The position numbers and the translations under genes are program-made. DNA of 64,000 nucleotides from Felis catus (lineage: Eukaryota): contig NC_058368.1 in the NCBI RefSeq assembly GCF_018350175.1, positions 65,474,001-65,538,000 of the forward strand, written 5' to 3'. This document shows positions 52,646-64,000 of the stretch, one piece after another. Each line of letters opens with the position of its first letter. Position 1 is the first letter of the stretch. The notes below the pieces were generated by a model. The model was not told the DNA's origin and searched no databases. It saw only the letters and a list, made by a program, of their open reading frames with translations.

Positions 52646-55037
52646 GGTTAGAACTTTTTTCTCTAGACCAAGTTGCCTTTCTTGCATTTGCTCTTGAGCA
52701 AAATGTCAACAAACCCTTTCTCTTTTGCATGAGAATTTGATCTCTGGTTAACCCTCCCTTTGATCACCTGATAACCTGTTGAGGGTAATACACCAACCCA
52801 GTTACTAAGCAATATTGCTTCTGCCAATGACCCCTGATTGCCCGTGTCCTGGGAGAAATGAACAATAATTAAAAATACCCGGTAGAGTTGCCGTAACATT
52901 GGGCTTCCCTGAGGATGGTGACTTATAAATGTTATGTGCCATGAGGAGTACCCTGGAGGCTATGCTTATGGCGTTGATACAGCAGATATGGACTCCCCCT
53001 GGGCATCTGACTTTTAATAAGGGTAACACCCATTTCCACGCATGTGTATCTTGTCTCCCTGCACCTGAGCAGCTGTGTGCCATTGCTTCCAGAAGAATGC
53101 CTGATGCTGTCCTGTTGGCAAGCTGCGGTTCAGGTTTTGTAACAATCTAAGTGACCGGTGCCAGGTGTGGCTTATGGTAGTCTTAGCTGGAATGTTCAGT
53201 GGAGCTCCCAAAACATTAAAGAGGGTTGTAACAAGTAAAACTGTTCTGTGCACTTCCATATACAAGACAAATATCTCCAATAATTAGCTTTGACTTTTAA
53301 TGGCCATTGGCCTGTAATGAATGAATTTGGGGTATTGAATTTTAAGATGTTGTTTGGACTGGCTCTCCTACTTTAATCCAGTTTATGCCTCAAAAATTGA
53401 GAACTTTCATCCACTTATCCCTATGCTCCAAATGAGGCTGTTGAAGGTTACTTCTTTTGTGAGAAACAGTTACGGATTCACTGAGATAAGACATTCCTAT
53501 AGAGCCTAAAGATTTAATTTGCTTATATATCTTCTTGTAATAAAGAAACAAAATGGAATTCTGGGCCAGGGACTGGATTTTGAAATGAACTTGGAATATA
53601 TTTTCATTTTTTTTATTTTTAAGTGTTAATTAGCTTCCCATAATACTGTTGTAATTTTTTAAAAATATGGAGTGTTGTTCCCATTCGTAGGAGTCAGAAA
53701 AAAAAAACAGTCCTGAGTGTGGTGTTCACCAATGTACACAGTGTTAGAGAAGGGCGTGAATAACATACAGGTCAACTAAAAAATGACTTTAACCTAAACT
53801 ACCAGAAGTATTAATATCTAAAATAAACTGGGACAGTTTCTAATGAATGCAATTGTACTCTGCAAGGATAGGGCAGTTTGATTAGATTAAATGAAAATAA
53901 AAGTTTGGATTAGTTGTTGTAAATTGTCAAAGAAAACCATTGTAACACCTAACTACCTCAATATTTCATTGCAAATGACACTAATTAGCCCCTTTTTTTT
54001 TTGGTTCTGGCTTTCTCAGAGGGCAGAGGTCACAGGCTTAGTTCTCAACTTCAACCTGGTTACTTTCTGTGACTAATCTCCAGGGTAATTAAGATCATTT
54101 AAAAAGTTATCTGAAAAAATATAAAAATGGCCAGAGTTTGCACTATGTAGCATTACCTCAGATCTTACTAAAAAATAATATAACTGGAAGTTTTATACTC
54201 ACATCACTCCATTTTTTTCTTATTTTGTCTTATTTTTAAATTTATTCTGTAGTTAAAGGGGTTTCTTCTTCTTCTTTTTGGTGTGCATGTCTATGAATGT
54301 TAAAACATGTATTGATTTGGCCAATCACTTGTTACACTGAGGATGTGAAACTAGATAAAAGCTCTTTGTTGGCCATGTGATTATAGAAGTTTTTTCCCAG
54401 TTTGTACCTTGTCCTTTGATTCTCGAAAGAGTGTCTTTCACAGAACAAAAGGTTGTTAGTTTTTTGAAGCCCAGTTTATAAATGTTAGATCATGCCTTTT
54501 CCTGCTGTATCTTTGTCTAACCCCAAGTCACAAAGATTTTTTTCTGTATGTTCTTCTAAAAATTTTATAATTTGGCAGACTATGTTCAGATTTATGTTTC
54601 AATGTTAACTTTTCATAAGGTGTGAGATTTACATTAAGGTTTTTTTTTTTCATTTATTTATATTTGGCATAAGAATGTTCAGCTGTTCTAACACCCTTTC
54701 CTGAAAAGGCAACCTCTTATCCTTGTCATTACTTTTGCATCTTTGTCAAAAATCTAATGGCCATTTCGAGGTGGGTTTATTTCTGGGTTCACAATTCTGT
54801 TCTGTTGGTCAGTGTGTATGGCTTTCCACCAACTTCATGCAGTTTTGGTAACTGTAGTTTTATAGTAAGTCATAAGATTGAATAATATAATTCCTTCAAC
54901 TGTGGTAGAATGTTTTTTCTGGAATGTTTTAGTATTTCTAGCCCCATTGCCTTTCCATATGAATTTTGGGATCAGCCTGTCCATATCTAAAAAAACAAAC
55001 AAACAAAAAACTGCAGAGGTTTGATTGCAATTGTATT

Positions 55038-55251
55038 TTTTTTGTTAATTTTTAAATGTTTATTTATTTTTGAGAGAGAGAGAGAGTATAAGCAGTGAGG
55101 GGCAGAGATAGAGGGAGACACAGAATCCAAAGCAGGCTCCAGGCTCCAAGCTGTCAGCACAGAGCCCTACGCAGGGCTCAGACTCACAAACTACAAGATC
55201 ATGACCTGAGCTGAAGTTGATGCTTAACTGACTGACCCACCCAAGCACCCC
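55038..55251 (-). mobile_element. Can-SINE inside L1
   Basis: Reverse SINE; diverged TSD tgattgcaattgtatt / tgattacagttgtatt. Confidence 0.92.
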
Positions 55252-55515
55252 AATGATTACAGTTGTATTATTAAATCAGGAAGTAATTCGGGGAGAATTA
55301 ATATCTTTATTCTGCAAGTCTTCTCATTGGTGCACATGGTTTCTCTCTCCATCTATTAGACTTTTTGACTTCTTTTCATCTGCCTTTTGTAGTTTCTGCA
55401 ACAGATTCTATACCCACTTTCTTATATTTATACCTATGTATATCATCTTTTGGAGCTATTGTAAATGGTACTTTGGAAAAAATTAGGTTACTATTATTTT
55501 TTTTTAGATTTTTAA

Positions 55516-55708
55516 AAAATATTTATTTTTGAGAGACAGAGTGAGAGTCGGGGAGGGGCAGAGAGAGAGGGAGACACAGAATCTGAAGCAGGCTCCAGGC
55601 TCTGAGCTGTCAGCACAGAGCCTGATACTGGGCTCAAACCCATGAACCATAAGATCATAACCTGAGTCGAAGTCAGATGCTTAACCGACTGAGCCATCCA
55701 GGCATCCC
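55516..55708 (-). mobile_element. Can-SINE inside L1
   Basis: Reverse SINE; TSD tagatttttaa at 55505-55515 and 55709-55719. Confidence 0.94.
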
Positions 55709-57197
55709 TAGATTTTTAATTGTACATTTACAGAATGTAAAAGTACAGTTAATTTTGTGTGTTGATCTTGTACCCTGTGACCTTGCTAAACATGCTTGTT
55801 AGTTCTAAGGAAATGTTTTTTGTGTGCATTTGTTGTGGTTTTCTATGTAGACAGTTATGCCATCAGCAACTAGGGACAGATTTATTTTTTCCTTTTCAAT
55901 CCGTGTACCTTTTATTTCTGTTTCTTGACTTATGGTACTGGCTAGGATTACTCAGGACAGTGTTCAGTCTTTCTTTGTAAAGTAAGATGATAGGTGTAGA
56001 ATTTTTGTAGATGCGTTTTATTAAGAAAGTTCTCCTCTACTTTTAGTTTGTCGAGAGAATATTTGGAAAAATTTTGTATAAAATTGGTATCATTTCTTCT
56101 TTAAAGGTTTTGTAGAAATTGTTAGTGAAACTATCTGGACTTTGAGATTTCTTTTCAAAAAACATTTTTCCCAATGGCAATTTCTTTAATAGTTATAGGA
56201 TCATAATTTTCAGTCAGTTTTTGTAATTTGTAGATTTTGAGGAATTGGTTCATTTCATCGAAATTGTTGGAAATATGTGTACGGAGTTGTTCATATATTG
56301 CTTCATTATCCTTTCCATGCCTGCAGGATTTGTAGTCATATTTCCATTTATATTCTTGATAATGGTAATTTATGTCTTCTCTCTTTTGTTTTTCAAAGGT
56401 TTATTAATTTTATTGACCTTTTAAAAATCAATTTTTGGATTTATTGACCTCCAATGTTTTTCTTTTTTCAATTCCACTGATTTCTGCTTTTATCTTTCTT
56501 ATTTTCTTCCATCTACTTGCTTCATATTTATTTAGCCTTTTTTTTTTAGTTACCTAAGGTGGAAATTTTGAGATAGTTCTTCTTTCTAATAGAAGCATCT
56601 AATGTTATACTTCTATCTTAGATACATCTCACAACTTTAATATATTGTATTTTCATTTTCATTTGGTTTGAAGTATTCTCTAACTTTCCTTGAGATTTTC
56701 TTTTTGACTCATAGATTATTTAGAAGTGTGTGAATAAACTTCCAGGTGTTGAGGGAAATTTTCTCTTAATTTCTGTTAATAATGTCTAGTTTAAAACAAT
56801 TATGATCTGAGAACATACTGGATATTTTAATTATTTCAAGTTTGTCATTATTTGTTTTATGAACCAGGATTGCTCCATCTTGAGGAATTATCCAGGTACA
56901 TTTGAATACAATGTATATCCTACTATTGTTGGGTTGAGTAACCTGTAAATGTGAATTACATTCGAGTGATGATAATTTTCAGTTCTTCTCAATCCTTTCT
57001 TACTTTCCTGCTACAGGTTGTGCTGAGGGAAGAGTGCTGAAATCGTCAGTGACATTTGTAGATTGGTCTATTTCTCTTCTCAGTGTTGTTGGTTTTGGTG
57101 TCTGTATTCAGCTCTGTTTTTGGTGCATACACAATTAGGATGGTTGTGTCTTTTTGGTTATTTGGCCTTTTATTGTTATGGAATGGTGTCTCTTTAC

Positions 57198-57375
57198 ATT
57201 TTTTTTAAGTTTATTTATTTTGAGAGAGGGAGAGAGAGAATGAGCAGAGGAGGGGTTGGGGGAGGGGGGAGACAGTCCCAAGCAGGCTCTGTGCTGATCT
57301 CATGAACCCTGAGATCATGACCTTAGCTGAAACCAAGAGTCAGACATTTAACTGTCTAAGCCACCCAGGTACCCC
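57198..57375 (-). mobile_element. Can-SINE (internally deleted) inside L1
   Basis: Reverse SINE; TSD aatggtgtctcttta at 57182-57196 and 57383-57397. Confidence 0.92.
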
Positions 57376-58667
57376 TGGGATAAATGGTGTCTCTTTATTA
57401 TTATCGTCTCCAGTACAGTTGAGACTTTTGTTGTTCTTCATGTGCTGAGTAATTTTGGATTTTATTTGACATTGTCAATAGTATACACAGCTCTAGATCT
57501 TATTTAAATTTTGTAGAAACTGTTGATATTTCTGGTTTTCACAGTCAGTTGGGCTGGTTAGGTTTAGGGCGTGACTTTGAACCCATTTTCTGTTCCAATG
57601 CCATTCCATTTCAAAATCTTCTCAGTGCTGTTTATGTCTGTCACAGGTGTGCCCCACTCAGGGGCCAGCTTGAGACTTGTGTGGTGGCTTATTTATTAAT
57701 TCAGTTCTCAAAGTTTTTGGCATGCTGAATAGGATCAAACCTGTGCCTGTGCATTTGGAGGTGAGCCCAGGTGTTCATAAAAAACTTTATGAGGTCACTT
57801 TCCAACCTCCTCTCTTTTCATTATTTCCCCAGAAATTTCCTGTTGGCGATGCTTCTCTTTTCTCCATCCAGAGTGCTGAGGCTTTAGTTACCTCTCTCTC
57901 CCATGTCCTTCTGCAGCTGGGTCAGGATCCAGGGTCAAGCCATAGGAAGGCAGAGAGAAACAAACAAACAAGAAGAGGGTTAGCCCTTCCCTCATGTAAA
58001 CTCAGTTCCTTGAAATGAAGATGAGAATTTGTATCCCTCAGAGTTTGGCTCCTGCAAGGTCCCATTGCTGGAGGCTGTGTCGGTCCTAAGAGATTGCTGT
58101 GGGTCGAGGTGCAGGGCAGTGGAGGATGGAGGGTAAATGAGATATCTCTGCTCTCTTCTGCCCATTCAGAGTATCCTTTCCAGATCCATGAGCCAGAACT
58201 TGAGGGTTCTTCCTGGAGTTCTCTCCCATCTGTGCCCCACCGCCCACTGCCAGTGTGTTGTGTTCAGGCCAGGGTATACCAGAGGGAAAAATGGTAAACT
58301 CACCACTGGATTGGTGGTATTTCAAATCCTGGTCTTCTCCTTCATTCTGCCTGCTACAATTTATTTTCCAGAACCGTTAGCTTCTCCTTGCATATTGCCC
58401 CATTGCATTCCGTGACAGACGTGGCGGTAGCTGTTCATGTCTTACCCAGAATGGGAAGTTTTTACTTCATTTTCTAAACAATCTTCCATCCAGATCCTAT
58501 TGTTCAGTTGATGTGATTTAAATTAATATGGAGCAAATACTATGATGATTAAAATATGTCAGAGTATGACATCTTGACTTAATAACTCTAATGTCACTGA
58601 TGTGACAATTGCATTTCTTATAGACCGCTCCAAATTATTAACATTAACTTACTTTAAGATACCTTTA

Positions 58668-58772
58668 TATTTTTAAGTTTATTTATTTATTTTGAGAGAG
58701 AGGAAAACAGAGCATGTGAGTAGGGGAGGGGCAGAGAGAGGAGAGAGAGAGGAGAGGAGAGGAGAGGAGAGG

Positions 58773-58811
<39 letters not shown>

Positions 58812-58921
58812 TCCCAAGCAGGCTCTGTACTGACAGTGCAGACTCACAAACCGCAAGCTTGTGACCTGAGCCAAAACCAAGAGTTAGATGCTTAACCGAC
58901 TGAGTCACCCAGGTGCCCCCC
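58668..58921 (-). mobile_element. Can-SINE with expanded (GAGAG)n/(GA)n tract
   Basis: Reverse SINE ending gagtcacccaggtgcccc; purine repeat at about 58730-58806. Confidence 0.93.
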
Positions 58922-61900
58922 AAATACTTTTACTTTTAGACTGTAGAGTAAAATTCAGACTTTTCTGATGAATGAAACTATATAGACTGTGCCTTAATTA
59001 TGTTCTTTTTCAGTGCCCTACCCTAGAGTCAATATGATTCAATGGAAAATAAGTAAATCTTGTATCTGTGAAACCCCATAAAAGATGAGCTTTGAGTTGG
59101 ATCCAGTCAGATGCTTTGCTTTTAAACCAAATATGCAAAGAGAGGCAACAATCTATATGGCTTTTACAAGGGAAAGTGACCTGTTGAACTATTGTTTTTT
59201 TTCCACCATGTTCAACAGAGTACTTAAGGAAGAAAGAGATTAATTCATTTTTAATGCTAGGAAAATATAGTCATTAAAAAGTAGATAATATAAAATGCCA
59301 GAAATGCTTTTAACATTACAAGAAGTGCACTTCTTTCTTAAATAGCATGCTACTTTTGGAGATATAGATATGCTAAAGTATTAAATATTAAAATAGAGGT
59401 TGCTTTTTAAAATGCAGTGTTTCTTATCAGAAAAAAAAACAGTTTGAACAAGCATTTCTGTTGTATAATTCATGATGTTGCTAATAAGATCGTCTAGGAG
59501 AATTATTTGTTATGCTTTTGAGAATGACTAGATTTTTTTTACAAGGGAATATTCCTTTGTTCATGTCTTCTTAAATATATAAAAAGTACTGTTAAAGTAT
59601 GTGGGATGGTCCCCTGGCAGATTTTGTCATATTAGTGTGGTTTCTCCCTATTTATTTGGAAAGTCTAACCCAACAGGAATATTGATGTGAATTTTGCCAC
59701 CTTGAACATTATCATAACTTAGCAATATATTCTAAATCATTGATGACAGAAAAACAAATATTGAAAAGATGTCACCGTGAATGCTTCCACTCTGATTTTC
59801 TGGAAGGGGAATGAATTGGGTTCAACAACCCAATAATATAGGCATTGATCTTAAAAAAGAATGTTTCCCTCTTTGATTTTAACCCATTTGTACTCATCCA
59901 TTGGCATATTAGTAGCTTTTTATGGTGGTAATAAGCAGTGGACTGTTGACCAAGCTCTTTCAAATAACTACCCACTTTAGTAGTCTGTGCTGTATCAGTT
60001 GAGGAAACAACACAGTTTATGCAAAAGTCATTCATCGGATTTGGCTACATCACACCTGAGTTTGATGGTGGATAAAGTTTTAATGCTGAGGTGTTGATTA
60101 CTGTAAATGCTTTGCCAAAGTTGATGTATCTGAATCTCCATATAGCTACATAACGTGAAAAATAGAAATAATTTTTCAAGGCACGTTAGCGAGTGCCTTT
60201 TTTAAATTATATTATGTCCTTAAAGGTGGTTATCCAGCGTTAAACAGTATTTTAAAAAGATAGCAAATCTTTGGTTTTGGTCACTTACATTGTGTAAATA
60301 CTGGGTTATATAAACATAGAAGATTAAAAATAAGAGTGTATTGAAATATGAACATGTGATTATGAAACATGATTGTTTTCTGGAAGACTATCCCATTAAT
60401 GTAAGGAAGATTTTAAAATGTAAAGCCTTCATGTTAACATAATGTTACCATCCCCTTGGGCTTCTAAATGAATTGAAATCAATGTTCATTATTATAAGGT
60501 ACCTGTAAGAACCACATGTAGATATTCTGAGCAAGTTTTGATGAATAATATCTCATTTTTTCTCTGACTAGCTATACACATTGTTGTGGGATTGTGACCG
60601 CTGCCAGATAATTTCATATTTAACATTACTTACATTAAAGTTTTTCTTATTTGTGAAAAAAGAAAACAATATTTTAGAGCATCCCAGATTTTAAACTATT
60701 AGTTTCATTTTCTTTGAGAATAAAAGATTTTTGTAAACTCACACTTAAAGACAGTTTTGCTTACTTCAAGGAATCCCATTACTTCAAATATATTCTTAAA
60801 ACATATTAGTCATTATTTCCATGAATGGGAAAAATGAAGATCCCTCCTTGAGTTTTTAGTGTGGCATTCAAATGCTAGAGCCCTTTGCTCTGCAAGTTTT
60901 TTGTTTGTTTTTGTTTTTGTTGTTGTTGTTTTTTGCAACTCCCCTCTGGTTTGGGCTGATAATGACATATTTTTATGATGTTTAAGTATGTTTTCATGCT
61001 TCCAAAGAAAACTAAAGAGACTCATTGGGTTAGTAAGTCCTGATGCATATTAAAGAACTGCCAAACCCAGTTAACTGAGCTATCACAAGCATATAGTGCA
61101 CAATGAAATTGCTTATTTACTTAAAAAAAAAAGGATCTAATCGGGAGCATTTGGAAATGTGTATATAATTTATAGGGCTGAGAATCACTACCCTTTTAAG
61201 GACAGTTCTCATGGATTGAGCTGGGAATAGGAATACAAGTAAAATCTGACTTATTTTCTGCATTAAATTCTTTTTCTCCAAGGATGCTGAAATTTTGAGA
61301 GTTCTTTTAATTACTTCATCCTTAACTATTTGTTTCTTATGCACAGAATAAGTACAGTCTTAACAGCAGGTGTTCTTTTTAATATAAGAAAAAATGTCGG
61401 AAGCCTTTTAATCTTAACATGCTACTGTATATGAGCTGCTTATTTAGAGTTATTAATAAATAAGATATTTAATGGTACTTGGGTGGTCGATTTGTGAATA
61501 TATACTTTTTTTTTTCTTATTACAACTTTCAAAATGGAGACTTTAGAATAGCCAGAACTCCTTTATTTAACATCCTGGGAACATTTGTTATGTACTGACC
61601 ATTGGGAATGATTAAACCTGGCCAAGAAATGACTTCACTTTTTAGAAAACATAGCCTACCAATCATAGAACCAAACTTTAAATATGGTTGATGCATGGGC
61701 TTAGTGTTTTCATCTTTTGATTTCTGGCACTGTTGTGGTCTCCATTGATAAAAGTTAATTCCACAGGACTCAGGCAAGAGGGCATTTATTCTTTAGTCCT
61801 CTATGGGCCCCAAACAGAGATTGACGTGCAAAATGTGTTTAAGAAGGGCATGTTGAATGAAATCCCCATTTACTCATCCTTGAAATTCCCATTTACAAAT

Positions 61901-63830
61901 CAGTCTGTGACAGAGTAGGGTGAATCATTCTGTATTTACTGAACAAATCCTAAAAGGATTATGATTGCATAAGTAAATTTTGGAGGTGAGACGCAGTTAT
62001 TCAAAACAACTCCTCTTTCTCAGAGTGTTTGTCTAGACCTTCTGGATCCACAGGATGTTAAGAAGAGTTTCACAGCAGAATCACCTACTATCAGCATCGT
62101 GGTAGAGATCTAGGGGAGATGTTGCTAGACAAACACAGGGAAGTCATATTATGTCTGTATGAAATGGTCAGTTGGAACATGATATGCATCTGTAAAATGT
62201 GCCTGAAATTTGGAGGCAAACTTTCCAAAATTTATCAAAACTATGCACCCCAACCTGTTCTGTTGGTACTTCAAAGGGCAAATAACACCATTGGAAGTAA
62301 TCTTGGAAATACCTCTGAAGACTACTAAACCTTAGGTATGTTAGACCTTTTAAGAGAGAGGGGGATATAAAAGACTTCTAGAGCTGCCTACATAGATGTA
62401 ATCAGAAAGGGAGATTTTTCCTTGCAGAACTGAAGCTTAAGTTATTGGAGTGAAGGAACCATAAAGAATTATTTTCCTGGAGGCTAGTTGAACCAGATGA
62501 CATCTAGACTTTGAAAGATAGACCTTGCACCCACAATAAAGCTCCATTTTGTTTAAAAGGAGCTCACCTGCTTGGAAGAGGGGTGGAATAGTATTATATG
62601 TCAAGAATCTATCATAAGTTCAAAAACTGTGAGTTTGGTAGCCCATGCATAGTTCCAAAAAAGGATCCAAGAACCAGGATCCAAAAATAATTTCGTTCAA
62701 ACTTGAGTAAGGAGCTCAATCTAACAATTGTAACAGGGAGAAGTATAACTTCTGAGCTTGGAAGCAAACGTGAACAAAAACCAGGACAAATCCACATCAG
62801 ACATGATACACATAAGTATTTACAGGGAAAGCATACAGGCAGGATTGTATATGGTGACAGAAGACACAAGTAGGAACCAGGTTGACAGTCAACAGCAGGA
62901 AAACTTTCTAACAGCTAGAGCTGCTGACAGTGGGAGGCAGAAACTCTTAAGGTAGTGAGTCCCCTGTCCCTGGAGTTTGGACCATTGCTTCACTGCTAAG
63001 TTGGGTAGGGATAAAGAGCACCAAAAGGTAGAAGATTTAATTCAGCAAATATTTATTGATTGCTACTTTGTAATTGAAGCTAGATTTACCTGTAGGATCC
63101 TTTGCCAGCAGCAGTTCTGTGATCTGGGGAGCATTGTATGAGAGGGTTCAGGTGGAAGACCGAAAACTGAGTGAGCAATTATCATATAGTGTGGTGTTCT
63201 GGATGAAAACGATGATATGTTTTCCACGGGGAGTGAGAGACAACCCAGGCCAAGTTTCTGTGGTTTAATTTATTCTGGAAACCGAAATACATGAGACATG
63301 CATGTGAAGAGGAGAATCTGTGAAGTCATTAGTAGGAAATGAAATTTACACAAAGGCAAGATAAGAGGTGCATTTTAGAAATATTGATAAATGAATGTCA
63401 AATCGCACATTTCTTAGGAGGCAGTTTCGTTACTTTGGCAACACAGACATTATTCCTCATTTCAGATAAGCAGTGTTCCTTTAATTCCCACCTGTGGCTT
63501 TTCTCACGGTGTCTCCAAGGGACATTAATGCTTAGATGAAAACTAATTAACATTTTAAAATGTAATATATATACATTGATTTAGGGGGAGTTTGTTTCCT
63601 TAATTTTCCTGTCAATTGCACCATGGAAGGACATCATGGTGATTCATTCACTTACACTTCTTTAAAGGGGGTAGTTTTGAAATGTTTAATTTCATCTTGG
63701 TTATATTTTCTTTTCCCAGTGGCTGAAATTATTGAAGTATGAGCTGGATACTATTAACTGGGGTTTACAGTACAATGATTTCTTCTACTGTCAAGTTACA
63801 TTATACTTGTGAGTTTAAAAAGCAGGTATA

Positions 63831-64000
63831 GGGGCATCTGGGTGGCTCATTCGCTTATGCATTTGACTCTGCATTTCAGCTCAGGTCATGATCTCCTGGT
63901 TCGTGAGACTGAGTCCCTTGTCAGGCTGTGTGCTGCCAGCGTGGAGCCTACTTGGGATTCTCTCTGTTTCTCCCCCTTATGCACATGCATGTGCATTCTC
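63831..64000 (+). mobile_element. Can-SINE, truncated by the window end
   Basis: ggggcatctgggtggctca...tcaggtcatgatctcctggttcgtgag...gggattctctct. Confidence 0.92.

Larger units (their letters stand above)
54360..58450 (-). mobile_element. Large degraded old L1M element, interrupted by three SINEs
   Basis: T-rich antisense L1 ORF2-like sequence (atctttgtcaaaaatc...gggtttatttctggg; ttccatatgaattttgggatcagc; aattggttcatttcatc). The part after ~57400 resembles an old L1 5' region and is less certain. Confidence 0.75.

Overview
Mammalian, most likely felid (cat-like), AT-rich genomic DNA. The assignment rests on about 22 carnivore tRNA-derived Can-SINEs (SINEC_Fc-like, many with visible target-site duplications) and a carnivore-type L1 3' end. 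I found no recognisable protein-coding gene, RNA gene, CpG island or prokaryotic-type feature. The ORF track is explained by chance, SINEs, one L1 ORF2 C-terminal fragment and a GA-rich low-complexity tract. The window looks like deep intron or intergenic DNA with old repeats (MIR, L2, L1M, MaLR/ERVL solo LTRs, hAT DNA transposons), microsatellites and several repeat-free blocks that may be conserved non-coding elements. The most notable structures are a triple SINE cluster with a triplicated target site, an exact-period 106-bp tandem duplication, a 135-bp-period polypyrimidine duplication, a nested MaLR LTR with an intact 5-bp TSD, and two + strand exon-like segments. I see no convincing novel biological system. 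Repeat subfamily names come from remembered consensus sequences, and old-repeat boundaries are approximate.
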